DNA of 64,000 nucleotides from a virus (Duplodnaviria > Caudoviricetes): positions 64,001 through 128,000 of the IMG/VR virus record IMGVR_UViG_3300022671_000005. One strand, 5' to 3'. A model generated the notes under the pieces. That model worked only from the letters and a program-made list of their open reading frames with translations. It was not told the DNA's origin and searched no databases. The translations under genes were made by a program, and so were the position numbers. Shown here one piece after another: positions 1 through 10,697 of this stretch. Each line of letters opens with the position of its first letter. Position 1 is the stretch's first letter.

Positions 1-1
1 G

Positions 2-712
2 TTAGTTACACTCAGTATGGGTATTCCTCCATCTGCATTAAATAGGTTGAGTGAAGATGAATATTCTAGATCTATAGCAACTACTAATTTATTCTTTGCT
101 AATGAAGTAAGGATGAAGCAGCTAGTTGTTACAGAAACTACCACCCAGTTGGTTAGACAGTATATCTATACATCTAAAGAATTAATGACTAAGATTATAG
201 ATATTCTTAAGATAACTAATAAGTCTGATAAAACTGATGTTGATGCTAATGATGACACTGTCAATTCTGACAATCTTGAGAACCAGACTGATGATAAGAT
301 TTCTAAAGTTGAAGATGTTCTTTATAAGGTTATCAATGGTGTTAGTGTTAATCTCCCAACTCCAACTATTGCTGCAACTAAAGCACAATATGAAGAGTTA
401 AGGGAAGCTGTAGATGCAGTGGATCAATTGGTCGACAAACTCTTTGACGAGGAGACTATTGGTGTTGATGATAACGAGACTAAAGAAGCTTATAATGCTA
501 TGAAAGGATTCGTTAGACAGTTAGTACTCAGAAAGATTGCAGCTGAGTTAGGACCTCACGGAGCTATAAATATACCTAGCATTAATAACATAGATCAAGA
601 TGAAATAGCGGACTTCAATCAAGCCATTATTAACTTCAAACGTCAATTGTCAGACATGAAGAAAAGTCTAGACAAGAAAGTTGAAGAAGAGGGTGGTGGA
701 AGTAGATGGTAA
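2..712 (+). CDS. Probable portal protein, C-terminal part (5'-truncated; phiKZ-like)
   Basis: Frame is open from the window edge (LVTLSMGIPPSALN...). The GIPPSAL...SRSIATTNLFFANEVR segment resembles the C-terminal portal stem of phiKZ/T4-type portals. Lies next to tail genes. Confidence 0.5.
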   Translation, partial: LVTLSMGIPPSALNRLSEDEYSRSIATTNLFFANEVRMKQLVVTETTTQLVRQYIYTSKELMTKIIDILKITNKSDKTDVDANDDTVNSDNLENQTDDKISKVEDVLYKVINGVSVNLPTPTIAATKAQYEELREAVDAVDQLVDKLFDEETIGVDDNETKEAYNAMKGFVRQLVLRKIAAELGPHGAINIPSINNIDQDEIADFNQAIINFKRQLSDMKKSLDKKVEEEGGGSRW

Positions 713-731
713 ATTAAAAAAGATTAAAAAG

Positions 732-766
732 TGTATCCTACCTACGTCAAACGTAGGTAGGATACA
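732..766. terminator. 16-bp-stem hairpin between convergent genes
   Basis: TGTATCCTACCTACGT-caa-ACGTAGGTAGGATACA. Confidence 0.75.
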
Positions 767-804
767 TTTAATCTATAATCATTAATTGATATAGTATTTA
801 TACT

Positions 805-1662
805 TTAAGCATCTGACTCTTGGTTGAGGATCTTAGAGATCTCATCCGACAGACCAGTATTTGCCAAATTGGAACTTACTGTATCAGGAGTTACAGCTAC
901 GTTATCATAAGCATATTGACCGATCTGTAGAGATTCAGCAACCTTTTGTCCAACTTCACGTGTCTTATCATTATGGAGAACGATAGCACTGAAGGTAACA
1001 GTACGTTCCCTCACGTTGGTGGTACCAATGGTTCTTTCGAACCCAATCTGTCCACCAGGGTCGGTCGGGAACATGTTAGTATAAACAGCAGCATCAATGA
1101 TACGTTTTTGATGCATGGTTGGATCAAACTGAAGAGCAAGCATAGTCATGGAATATGTACTGGAAACAAATTCCAAAGGTTCTGCTCCATTATTCAGTCT
1201 AGCCATAGATGCATTAGTATCTGGATCTTGGATATCACGAACCCAACGGTTGAACAAGTTCCATACCAAGTTACCTTTCAATTCGTGAAATACGAACGAA
1301 GGGTTAACAGCACTTCTCTTAGTCTGTGTTGGGACTTGAATGTTCTGTCCGTCGTGACCAAATGGTTGATCAGCAACTTCTAGAGTATATCCAAAGTCAA
1401 TTCCAGTTACTTGTTTTGCATGAGTTTCAATAAGAGCTTTAAGTGTCTTACCGAAGTCACTATCTTCATTACGATTCACATACATCGTAGGAATCTGTAG
1501 AACAACCAAGACAGTCGGAGTGAATGTCAAGGGAGTAGATGCATCTAGGTTTCTGGTATTAAAACCAGCACCAAGCTGACCACCCTTAAGCATAGCAGCA
1601 GCCGTCTGGACAGCTCCAGCGCCTAAAGCAGCAGCATTAGTAAGTAATGATTCATTAGCCAT
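805..1662 (-). CDS. Tail tube protein (phiKZ gp30-like)
   Basis: 285 aa directly downstream of the sheath gene. Motifs LIETHAKQVTGID, WVRDIQDPDT and FDPT...NMFP are typical of phiKZ-like tubes. Confidence 0.8.
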   Translation of the reverse strand: MANESLLTNAAALGAGAVQTAAAMLKGGQLGAGFNTRNLDASTPLTFTPTVLVVLQIPTMYVNRNEDSDFGKTLKALIETHAKQVTGIDFGYTLEVADQPFGHDGQNIQVPTQTKRSAVNPSFVFHELKGNLVWNLFNRWVRDIQDPDTNASMARLNNGAEPLEFVSSTYSMTMLALQFDPTMHQKRIIDAAVYTNMFPTDPGGQIGFERTIGTTNVRERTVTFSAIVLHNDKTREVGQKVAESLQIGQYAYDNVAVTPDTVSSNLANTGLSDEISKILNQESDA

Positions 1663-1673
1663 TATAGATCACC

Positions 1674-3836
1674 TTAACCTTCGAGATTTTCACGTTGCGC
1701 AATCAAGTCTGCCGCCCATACACGATGGTTAGCAGGTGAAATGAGTTCCAACCTAACATGGTCAACATAACCAAGCTGTTGTTCTTCATTTGTCTGATAT
1801 ACGGTGAGATTGAATTCATAACGATCGTTATAAATAACTTTAACACGATCACCAAGATCTTTCTCAATGAGAGCATGAAGGTCTTCAGCAGGTTTAGTAA
1901 GACCAGTATGTTTGGCCCAACTTTCACGCATAGCATGCTTGGTGTAAACAACTGCATTAGTGTAGTCATCAATAGCAAGAACACTTGTATCATGTACATA
2001 AACACTATGCAGTGAAGCATAATGAATCTGATTCCGACTTGCATACTGGAAGTAGTTAAGACCTTCATCCCAACTACGACGCTTCTGAGCTTCAGATGCA
2101 GGTGCCCAGTTCCAAGACTTAAAGAAGTCAACACGACTATTCGGAAGACCTTCAGGTGCTTGAGACATACGATCAGTGTTATGATAATCAGCCAATTTGA
2201 AAGCATACCAAATCGTTGCTGGAGTGATACCCTTATAGTTACCACTAGCAAGTTGACCTGCTTGCATAAAGATAGAAGCACGACATGCACCAGTACCTTT
2301 AATGATTGATTCAGGAATCAACAGGGCACGAGCACGAAGAGCTGATCCAACAGCAAGGTCTGTAGCTTCATCATTGTAAGTTGCAATATCATGAACTGTT
2401 ACATCAGAACCAATGAACCCAGGGGTATTGGAATCAGTACCAGTGTATACATTACCAGCAGAATCACTGAATGTCTTACCAATCAGATCTTCATCATCAA
2501 TCTCACCAGCAACTGCTCCAGTATCTACAACAGTGTAAGTAGTTCCAAGATCTGCAACACGTTGTGTAGAGAGAACAACCTTGACATCTTGACGGGTGGC
2601 CATAAAGTCACACATGGCGTACTTACCACCTTGAAGTGTCCAACCAGTATCAATGATGTGAGTAAACGGATAACGTGCTTCATCTACAATGTCTGGATTC
2701 ATGGTAAGTTCCAAGAAATCAACAAAGAGAGTTTCGATAGCAGGATCTGTTATATTACCATCATCACCATTAGACAGATAGTTATTAACGTCTTTGACCA
2801 GCTCAAGTGAGGTACCACTGAGAACAGCATGGTCATAGGGTTTACCATCAAGGTCTATTAATGAGATAGGGTTAACATACCAACCATCATCAAGCATATC
2901 AGTGCGATTTACTTCAACTGCACGAATAGCATCACCAACTGCTTCAACATTACTAGCATATACTTTGATAGTATAAGGAAGTTGTTTATTAGCATCGGGA
3001 TCATATGCTGCTTCAAGAATATCATTTAGAGATACTCTCATAGAAATCGATTCATCGATAACGTTAGGTTTGAGAACAGCAGTACTATAAGTATTATTAA
3101 AAGAATCAATGATAGGATCAACACCTGAACCATTAGCTTCTTTTTGTGTAGGAGCAAAATTAAAATAGAGTGAACCAGCACGGTCTACTCTACCAGTTTC
3201 GTTCTGATCAGTATCGTACCAAAGTTGGAAGGCAACATCATTACCCCATTCACCTGGACTTACAGATTTAAAAGTCATGTAAGGATACCATGTTGTGTCA
3301 GGAGGTCCTGCAACAGTATAAGGTACAAGATTGTCGAAGTCTTCACCACCATTAAGAGTGGTACGAATACGCCATTCAAGTTCTACACCTGCTTCCGTAA
3401 GAGGATTGCCAGGATCGCCTGGATCATCTTCTGGTATTGGATCGCCATTAGTATCTAGGATACGATTACCATCACCATCTTTTTGATACTGAACAACATC
3501 TGCGGCTGTAACACCTACTTCGAGAATAGCCCAGGAGGTCTCTGCAGTTGCATCGTCAGCTAGACGAACAATGAAGGCACCATTTTCTGGGAATGTCGTA
3601 TTAAGAAACAGGGCGTCCTTTGAGAAGTACGTAGAATATTCATTGAAGGTTTCAGCTCCAAAGATCCTACGAGCTTCAACAATAGAAGGACACCATTGTG
3701 GTACACCAATCGGACCCTTTTGGGTCTTCATAGCATACACGGGGCGATGCAATGGCAAGAATTCCGATACAACAGGAGTGAAGATCGATTCATCTATGAC
3801 ATTGATCTCATAATGAGGATATGATTCTGTGATCAC
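1674..3836 (-). CDS. Contractile tail sheath protein (phiKZ gp29-like)
   Basis: 720 aa with GTG start after AGGAGG. Motifs PLHRP...TQKGP, IFGAETF, SPGEWGN, YPFTHIIDTG, LIPES..GT.ACRA, SVY.HDTSVL. Confidence 0.88.
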   Translation of the reverse strand: MITESYPHYEINVIDESIFTPVVSEFLPLHRPVYAMKTQKGPIGVPQWCPSIVEARRIFGAETFNEYSTYFSKDALFLNTTFPENGAFIVRLADDATAETSWAILEVGVTAADVVQYQKDGDGNRILDTNGDPIPEDDPGDPGNPLTEAGVELEWRIRTTLNGGEDFDNLVPYTVAGPPDTTWYPYMTFKSVSPGEWGNDVAFQLWYDTDQNETGRVDRAGSLYFNFAPTQKEANGSGVDPIIDSFNNTYSTAVLKPNVIDESISMRVSLNDILEAAYDPDANKQLPYTIKVYASNVEAVGDAIRAVEVNRTDMLDDGWYVNPISLIDLDGKPYDHAVLSGTSLELVKDVNNYLSNGDDGNITDPAIETLFVDFLELTMNPDIVDEARYPFTHIIDTGWTLQGGKYAMCDFMATRQDVKVVLSTQRVADLGTTYTVVDTGAVAGEIDDEDLIGKTFSDSAGNVYTGTDSNTPGFIGSDVTVHDIATYNDEATDLAVGSALRARALLIPESIIKGTGACRASIFMQAGQLASGNYKGITPATIWYAFKLADYHNTDRMSQAPEGLPNSRVDFFKSWNWAPASEAQKRRSWDEGLNYFQYASRNQIHYASLHSVYVHDTSVLAIDDYTNAVVYTKHAMRESWAKHTGLTKPAEDLHALIEKDLGDRVKVIYNDRYEFNLTVYQTNEEQQLGYVDHVRLELISPANHRVWAADLIAQRENLEG

Positions 3837-3928
3837 AATGTAACCTCCTTAATTATTGACAATTTTATGCTGGATTAAAAATCTAGTCTATTTGATTAAC
3901 AAATCGACAAAACGAGGAAAACGTATAT

Positions 3929-4975
3929 ATGCAAAAAAATAATATTCTTGACACCGAATTTGCCAAAGTTTACAATTTGAAACCTATGGCAAAAGATGCT
4001 GCGAAGTTTTTAGTGGCAAAAAGAAACCTTATGGATAAAACACCAGAAGGTTATGTTCAACTTGTCTCAGATGTAAATCCTATGATTTCATCACATATGA
4101 ACACCTTATTTAAAAATCTCGTTCAAAGAAACAAGATTAAAGAAATATTCATGTACAGTATGATTAGAGGCGCAGTTGATGACTTACCAGAGATATTAAC
4201 TATTGACGATGTAGTTATTGATGGAAAATACATTGATACCAATGTACCATCAGAACTACAAAAGTGTTGGGTTAATATAACTTCTTCCCTTTCTATTAAT
4301 AGAAACGACAGGACTGGTTTACTACAAGTAAACGATATCCCAAAATTGATTTCTTCATTAGTTAGGGCTTTTCTCTGTATGTCATATAATGACAGTAAAG
4401 AGTGGCTATCTCCAAAGGCTGCTTCTTTCGTCATAGAGTACTATACCATGGCTATGGAAATGGTTATGGATAGACTATATAATTTGAATTATGAAGAATC
4501 TGTTGTTCCCAAACTTCTTTTCGCATGGCACTATGCAGAACTTATGGCAGATCCTAAAGAATCTTCAGAAGTACCCACGTTACTCACAAAGACTTCACAT
4601 CTTTTTAAAGGTAATCTATCAGGTGCTAGACTACAAGAACTGTTGAAAGAAATTGTGGAATTCAAATCTGGTAGATCTATGAATATTGATACTGTTGTGG
4701 ATTGCATTAAACAGTTTGGTGTTTCAAGAATGAAGAATCTAACAAAACCCAATTTGTATAGGTACTTCTCAGTATCATCTGCAGACAACACCGCTATGAC
4801 AATAGCTATGGATTATCCACCCTATTTCCTTCATCAAATACTTAAGGTAGCTGCTGGTGGTAAACACGCCATTCTGTCTACAATATACAAGTCCAGATTT
4901 GATAAGAAGTATATAGAAAAAACCTTAGATCAAATAATTATCGACAAACAATTAATTGAGGGAGTAAACCGCTAA
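3929..4975 (+). CDS. Virion structural protein (positional equivalent of phiKZ gp28)
   Basis: 348-aa ORF with RBS, divergent from the sheath gene as in phiKZ-like phages; C-terminal AMDYPPYF motif. Confidence 0.55.
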   Translation: MQKNNILDTEFAKVYNLKPMAKDAAKFLVAKRNLMDKTPEGYVQLVSDVNPMISSHMNTLFKNLVQRNKIKEIFMYSMIRGAVDDLPEILTIDDVVIDGKYIDTNVPSELQKCWVNITSSLSINRNDRTGLLQVNDIPKLISSLVRAFLCMSYNDSKEWLSPKAASFVIEYYTMAMEMVMDRLYNLNYEESVVPKLLFAWHYAELMADPKESSEVPTLLTKTSHLFKGNLSGARLQELLKEIVEFKSGRSMNIDTVVDCIKQFGVSRMKNLTKPNLYRYFSVSSADNTAMTIAMDYPPYFLHQILKVAAGGKHAILSTIYKSRFDKKYIEKTLDQIIIDKQLIEGVNR

Positions 4976-4976
4976 T

Positions 4977-7900
4977 ATGGCAGAAACAATAGATACGAAA
5001 TTAGTTAACTTCTTCAATTCGTATCTGTTCAGAAAAGTTTGGAATGAACCTGGTAAAGAGTATAGAAGAAATATTAAACCACAAGTGCTAGCTAAACCGT
5101 TTGCTAACTCATCCATAAAGTTAGAGTGGAAAAGATATGGTCTTCCTACTGCTGAAAAATATCAGGTTTATTACATTCCAGAATCAACAATGAGTGGTAT
5201 AACTTTCAGAAGGTATACTGATTGGATTAACGCTGTTGATTTTCTGAACGATAGTAATATTGAATTAAGATTTCACAATACTGATGGAGTAATGCTCCCT
5301 AGAGAACATGTCAATTTGGTAAGTCACCCTGAGAAGCCAGGTGTTCTAATAGCCATCAAGAGAAGTATATTTACTTCTATACTTGGAAGTGATATTGCTA
5401 ACATGCTTGTAGCTTTCTATTATGATAGTGATGAAGAGCATGACATTACAATAGATACATATACTTTAGACGGTGGTACTGATATAAATGCAGTATATGC
5501 AGTTGCACAAACTGGAACCTCTGTTTATGTAAATGGTATTGCTACCCAAGTTACTGATATAAGTGACATATCAATTGCTAATGCAATAGTTGAAATTGTT
5601 ACTGATGCTAATGTTCTTGATGAATTTGAGATAGACCTAGCTGATGCAAATGAGAGAAGGAATTTCATTAGTGATATAGACAACGAATCTAAAACCATTG
5701 TTCATATTCCTAAAAGTCTCAATCCTGATAATAAAGTGATTACTCACAACACTTGTGATATATGGATATATCCTAGGAATGGTGCCACTGCTAATAGAAA
5801 TGGTAGATTCTTTCATCGTGCTATTGAGGAATATACATTCACTCAAGTAACACATAATGATTTTGCTATACCTGATATTATTATTAATTCTTATTCGGAT
5901 GTTTTAAACACTGATGAATTTAAACTTGTGGTACAACTTAAAAATCACGAGAAAGATAATGTTCTTATTACTGATAAGAATTATATCGGTTTACTTTACT
6001 CACATGCTGATGACAACACTATTCTTGATTTCTTAGAAGGTGTAGGACCAGAAGACTTTGATTTCTGGAAAGCTGAAACGTTAGAAAATAGCGACTATGT
6101 CAAGATGATGACAGACGTTCCTGATTTTGTTGACGTTATAAATCTACCGATATATATTGGTGCATTAGGTTATTACAACTCTATTGCTTTAATAAGTAAT
6201 CGGATTAAGAGGATAGAATTAGAAGACTTTGGTGGTTCAGTAAGCCATAGATTTATTACACCTATCCCTATAGTGTTTGAAAGTATCAAAGTTTACCCAA
6301 TGGTATTTGTTAACGGATTGAAGATTGATAGTAATCTTGTTGAGGTCAATAAAGTTCGAAGTGGGTCTGTCGTTATTGATGTAGATGAATCTGTTGCGTT
6401 AGATATCAATGATGATGTATATGTAGAACTCTTTGAAGAGATTCCACATAATATCTTCGAAGTAAGACCTACTGCGACATACAACCATATAGGTGTAGAA
6501 AATGATAACTTTGTACTGTATGAAGTAACAGATGCTCCATCAGCAGTGCCTGGTATAGAACAAAGTTATGATAAGATTTATACTAGGATAGATGATATAT
6601 CGACTGTTGGATCATATGTTGATTCAGTAGGTGGTAGATATGTAGCATTTAATTCTAGTGCATACAACAGAATCTTTATAATTGCAAATAGTAAAGGTTT
6701 TGAATATAGGTCGTATAATCTAGATACAATGTTATCTAACAATGATCCCCTAGCATTTGATTTATCAACTACTGTAAAAAGTATTGATTTTGACCCACCG
6801 TATGTGTGGGAAGATCATACAGGGATATCGTCTGCGTCTGGTGACATATCAGATCCATTAGATCCAGATGCTGAAGATCCATATCCCGCATGGCATCTTT
6901 TAGATGGAAATACCTCTTGGGATTTGTCAGGTAGATGGGTTACTACATTAAGACCTGAAGGTAACAAAGTTGATTTTGAATTAGCTGAAGATAATTATGA
7001 CACATATTGGCTGATAGGTTACCGTATTGGTGCTATGCCTAACATGCATGATGCTTTGAGAGCGTCACAAATGCCTATAAATTGGCAGGTTAGAGTAGAT
7101 GGTAATCTGGTAGATGCAGTTTCTAACGAGTGGTGGTATCTCAATCCTGAGGTTGTTCACACACATATGTTAGCAACTCCTGTTCTTGTTAGTACCAATA
7201 TTGAATTCTTACTAATGAGCGTTCAGACACCTGGTGCTTTCCAAATACAAACAGACTTATTTGAACCTATATTCAGTGATTCTGCAGAATCTGTAAATAT
7301 CCCGTATCTTGGAAATTTATCATGTATCCCTTATTTGAATGGTAAAGAACTTGTCAAGAATGTGGATTATCATTTAGCAGATATATTGGCAGACTCTATG
7401 GGAACAACTCCTCATTTATGTGGTAGACAATTAGTTGTTACTAATGCTGCATACTTGAAAGAGTCTGGAAATAAAATGGAACTTATACTTACCTACAATT
7501 CTGTTGAAGGTGAATTGCAAGGATTTTTAGAAAAATCATACCTGGGTGAGCAAAATGCTAATCCAAGGTGGTTCGAAGAACTTAGCCAAGTGGTTGTTGA
7601 TGGACTAATAGCTGAAAACATTTCTACAATGTTTGGAACCGTACAAGTTCCTAGTCCAGACGTTATAGATCAACAAATGTCTGCTTGGTTTACATTTGAC
7701 GATGATTATAGTAATAAGAAAAGTGGTGATTATACTTTAACACCATCTGCAGGAATAACACTTGTAGACGATGTTGATGGAACCTATATGAATGTTCCAG
7801 ATGGAGAGCTTGCATCAATTGTACCAAGTGTAGCCACTCCAAACAATTTCACTTTCTCTACTGTTCTAGAATTACTTGATGATAATCCAGCAAGTTTTGG

Positions 7901-8723
7901 TCCAGTGTTGGATATGTATCTTTCTAGTTTTGTCAAGTACACTCTCAGTACAACTGCAGCTGGAGACTGGTATTCCAATATACTTAATGGAGAAGACACT
8001 TCTACTATTGTAGGTTATGAGACTGGAAAAACACATGTGGCTATAACTGTTGAATCTGGTGTAAATATTAGTGTTTACATAAATGGTGTGTTAGTACATA
8101 CATACACCACACTCTCAGCCCTGAGTGTAGATCAGATACAACTAAAAAGTTCTGGCACAAAAGGTGTTAAGTACTATGACGTTATGGTATTCCATAGGGT
8201 GTTGTCACTACCTGAGATAGTTCAAGCTGGATCTGTTTCTGATGAAACTAGATTTAGATTGGGATCTCCATATGGAACAAGAACTTTAATTCCTGAGAAA
8301 AGTAGATATTTCGTAAATAGGCATTATAGTGATGATGACACTGTCAAGTTGGATGCTCTTACAGAGTACTTCAGAGGCAACGCTAGTAATATTGATCCAG
8401 TTGTTCTGATACCTTACAGTCACAGGATTGTTAGTATACGTGCTCACATTATAATCAGAGATATAATAAACGGAGTTTTTGTACTCAATATAGATCCTGA
8501 TGATTCAGCAGTTCTTGCTGCAATATCAGACTACGATTATCTTAAGAAGTATGATATACTGTTTGATGCAGAGACTAGTGTTGATCTAGACTTTGTTGAT
8601 GTTCAAGGCATGTACACTGATCAAGATATTGTCGACACAAACATTCTATTGCAAATAGATAGATTGTTAGAGGTTATAATCGACGACAGTGTAACACATT
8701 TGAGACCTAATCACGAATCATAA
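4977..8723 (+). CDS. Large baseplate/virion protein (phiKZ gp27-like) with inserted discoidin-like and LamG-like domains
   Basis: 1248 aa. Core motifs VWNEP, QVTHNDFAIP, FWKAETLENSDY, ALGYY, YLNGKELV. Internal beta-sandwich insertions; synteny with phiKZ. Confidence 0.7.
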   Translation: MAETIDTKLVNFFNSYLFRKVWNEPGKEYRRNIKPQVLAKPFANSSIKLEWKRYGLPTAEKYQVYYIPESTMSGITFRRYTDWINAVDFLNDSNIELRFHNTDGVMLPREHVNLVSHPEKPGVLIAIKRSIFTSILGSDIANMLVAFYYDSDEEHDITIDTYTLDGGTDINAVYAVAQTGTSVYVNGIATQVTDISDISIANAIVEIVTDANVLDEFEIDLADANERRNFISDIDNESKTIVHIPKSLNPDNKVITHNTCDIWIYPRNGATANRNGRFFHRAIEEYTFTQVTHNDFAIPDIIINSYSDVLNTDEFKLVVQLKNHEKDNVLITDKNYIGLLYSHADDNTILDFLEGVGPEDFDFWKAETLENSDYVKMMTDVPDFVDVINLPIYIGALGYYNSIALISNRIKRIELEDFGGSVSHRFITPIPIVFESIKVYPMVFVNGLKIDSNLVEVNKVRSGSVVIDVDESVALDINDDVYVELFEEIPHNIFEVRPTATYNHIGVENDNFVLYEVTDAPSAVPGIEQSYDKIYTRIDDISTVGSYVDSVGGRYVAFNSSAYNRIFIIANSKGFEYRSYNLDTMLSNNDPLAFDLSTTVKSIDFDPPYVWEDHTGISSASGDISDPLDPDAEDPYPAWHLLDGNTSWDLSGRWVTTLRPEGNKVDFELAEDNYDTYWLIGYRIGAMPNMHDALRASQMPINWQVRVDGNLVDAVSNEWWYLNPEVVHTHMLATPVLVSTNIEFLLMSVQTPGAFQIQTDLFEPIFSDSAESVNIPYLGNLSCIPYLNGKELVKNVDYHLADILADSMGTTPHLCGRQLVVTNAAYLKESGNKMELILTYNSVEGELQGFLEKSYLGEQNANPRWFEELSQVVVDGLIAENISTMFGTVQVPSPDVIDQQMSAWFTFDDDYSNKKSGDYTLTPSAGITLVDDVDGTYMNVPDGELASIVPSVATPNNFTFSTVLELLDDNPASFGPVLDMYLSSFVKYTLSTTAAGDWYSNILNGEDTSTIVGYETGKTHVAITVESGVNISVYINGVLVHTYTTLSALSVDQIQLKSSGTKGVKYYDVMVFHRVLSLPEIVQAGSVSDETRFRLGSPYGTRTLIPEKSRYFVNRHYSDDDTVKLDALTEYFRGNASNIDPVVLIPYSHRIVSIRAHIIIRDIINGVFVLNIDPDDSAVLAAISDYDYLKKYDILFDAETSVDLDFVDVQGMYTDQDIVDTNILLQIDRLLEVIIDDSVTHLRPNHES

Positions 8724-8730
8724 CTAATAG

Positions 8731-8763
8731 TGTTAGGGTGCTATCCTATGTAGCACCCTAACA
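8731..8763 (+). terminator. 13-bp-stem hairpin
   Basis: TGTTAGGGTGCTA-tcctatg-TAGCACCCTAACA just after the stop codon. Confidence 0.7.
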
Positions 8764-8801
8764 TATATTTTGATACTTTTCAAATTGGAGATTTTTAACA
8801 T

Positions 8802-10475
8802 ATGGGTATTTTGTTATTTCGTGGCTCTAAGCCCGACGTCTACCTAAAATCAGATATCTACGATCCTGATGTTCATGGTGTTCCTTCAGAAGCACCAGAA
8901 GGATTAACAGTTCCTGCCATTGGTTCTATAGTTATTGATGGTGATGTTGGAAACCGTATTCTTTGGGTTGTGGATTCTATTGATGAGATAATATTCGAAG
9001 GTGAAACTGTTTTAAAGACTAATCTAGTCCCTGCAGATATTATCGATGATGATGATTCATCTACCAGACTTGTAAGTTATGGTAATGATACTTTAATGCT
9101 TTATTATGATGATAGGTCTACACCTACTCGTTGTATACCAGATAGTAAATTTGTATGCATCGGTGGAAATGCTGCTGAGTACAGATTAGTTAAAACTATT
9201 GATGATGAAGAAGTTGTTATTAGTCTACTCCTAGATGGTGGTGGCACTATCATTAACGATCGTATACCTATTGTAGATTCGAGCATTGCGGGAATCCGCA
9301 TACTTGAAGACTGCTACACAGCTACTGATCTAGACGATGGTGATTTTGTAACTATTCAGATCTTTGATAGCTCTGGTGTAATGACAACTACTGCTAGAAT
9401 GACTTGTAAGAGATCTACTATTTTGAATGACTTAGTAGCTTCTTCCAATCCTATAGTTTCGTTTGATGCTAATGCTAACCAAATTGATGGTGCAAACTTT
9501 GTTGTTTATTTAGGACAAAATCCTGAGGACTTAACAATATGGCCAGAAATTGGATATGCAGATGGTCAGCAAGAGATTATTAACGTGGATGGTGTTAATA
9601 CATTTGTATATGGTCTTGATGATGTAAACTCAGATATAGTTGGATTACAATTTCCAATCTTGATAAAACATTTCTTAGCAGCTGATGTTGCAGCTACCAT
9701 AGCCCTAGGTGAAGGTGCGAGATACATTCAAGTTGAGAAGAATATTTTAATTGTACCTAGAGTTTACTCTGCATTCTCTAAAATTGGTATTGCACCTATA
9801 TATAACTCTGGAACTGGTGAATGGACATTACAATTTCTTGCATATCGTTCAAGTCGTGATCAGTTTACTTTGTTGAATCCAGGTGTGGTAACTTATGATG
9901 GAATTGCATTTGATGGATCACTATTGGGTGTACAACAAGTACTCACTATAAAGGTTCCTTATACAAATGAAAGTGGTAATACTGTCGAGTTTGAACAATC
10001 ATTTGTCATTAAAGTAGATAGTATTGGCGTAGCAGCCCCATTCTTAATTGCAGACGATGCTGTGACTACTTTTGTATATGGCGAAGAATCGGCAACACAT
10101 AAGCATCCTACAATTCAGTATGATTCAGTAGATGAAATTTACTTCATACCTACAAGTAGACATGCTGATGTTGATGCATTCTTGGACGATTTCTATGACA
10201 GAGCAGCTCCTCCGTATCTGCCAGAAACTGAGGTTGAAGCACCCACTCCAACTCATTTCGTGTTTAGGAATTCTACCAATGGGCAAGTAGTTACACCTAC
10301 ACCTATTGAAGTTGCACAATATGATCAAGAGATTACATTGGCCACTGTAGGTACGCCGGATCAATTCTTAGGTGAACCTTTGATTGTTGAATTCTTATAT
10401 TACAATGGATCTTCTTATGAGATCCTATTTGGTATGGGAACATTGCCTGTTGAAGCAGGCACCTATAATAACTAA
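8802..10475 (+). CDS. Baseplate/virion structural protein (phiKZ gp26-like)
   Basis: 557-aa acidic, beta-rich ORF. Motifs VPAIGSIVID and E..APTPTHF; synteny. Confidence 0.65.
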   Translation: MGILLFRGSKPDVYLKSDIYDPDVHGVPSEAPEGLTVPAIGSIVIDGDVGNRILWVVDSIDEIIFEGETVLKTNLVPADIIDDDDSSTRLVSYGNDTLMLYYDDRSTPTRCIPDSKFVCIGGNAAEYRLVKTIDDEEVVISLLLDGGGTIINDRIPIVDSSIAGIRILEDCYTATDLDDGDFVTIQIFDSSGVMTTTARMTCKRSTILNDLVASSNPIVSFDANANQIDGANFVVYLGQNPEDLTIWPEIGYADGQQEIINVDGVNTFVYGLDDVNSDIVGLQFPILIKHFLAADVAATIALGEGARYIQVEKNILIVPRVYSAFSKIGIAPIYNSGTGEWTLQFLAYRSSRDQFTLLNPGVVTYDGIAFDGSLLGVQQVLTIKVPYTNESGNTVEFEQSFVIKVDSIGVAAPFLIADDAVTTFVYGEESATHKHPTIQYDSVDEIYFIPTSRHADVDAFLDDFYDRAAPPYLPETEVEAPTPTHFVFRNSTNGQVVTPTPIEVAQYDQEITLATVGTPDQFLGEPLIVEFLYYNGSSYEILFGMGTLPVEAGTYNN

Positions 10476-10498
10476 GATTATAGAGACACTGTCTCGTT

Positions 10499-10529
10499 CC
10501 ATCACTGCTAGCTATGCTAGCAGTGATGG
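10499..10529 (+). terminator. 14-bp-stem hairpin followed by GTTTT
   Basis: CCATCACTGCTAGC-tat-GCTAGCAGTGATGG. Confidence 0.75.
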
Positions 10530-10697
10530 GTTTTCATTCCAATTGTATTTGATTTATTATTTTTATTATTACTGGTAACTAATAATGTATAATAGATACA
10601 CGCTAGTATCTCTTTTTTGCAGCTACGGTGTATAGTTAAATAGTGGAGCTATTTTATAGTTAATAAAACACTTAACCTCTAAGGAGTCGGATTTGTT

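Noticed and set aside
946-3813. Several alternative-frame ORFs over the tube and sheath genes
   Set aside because: They fully overlap well-supported genes and have no motifs.
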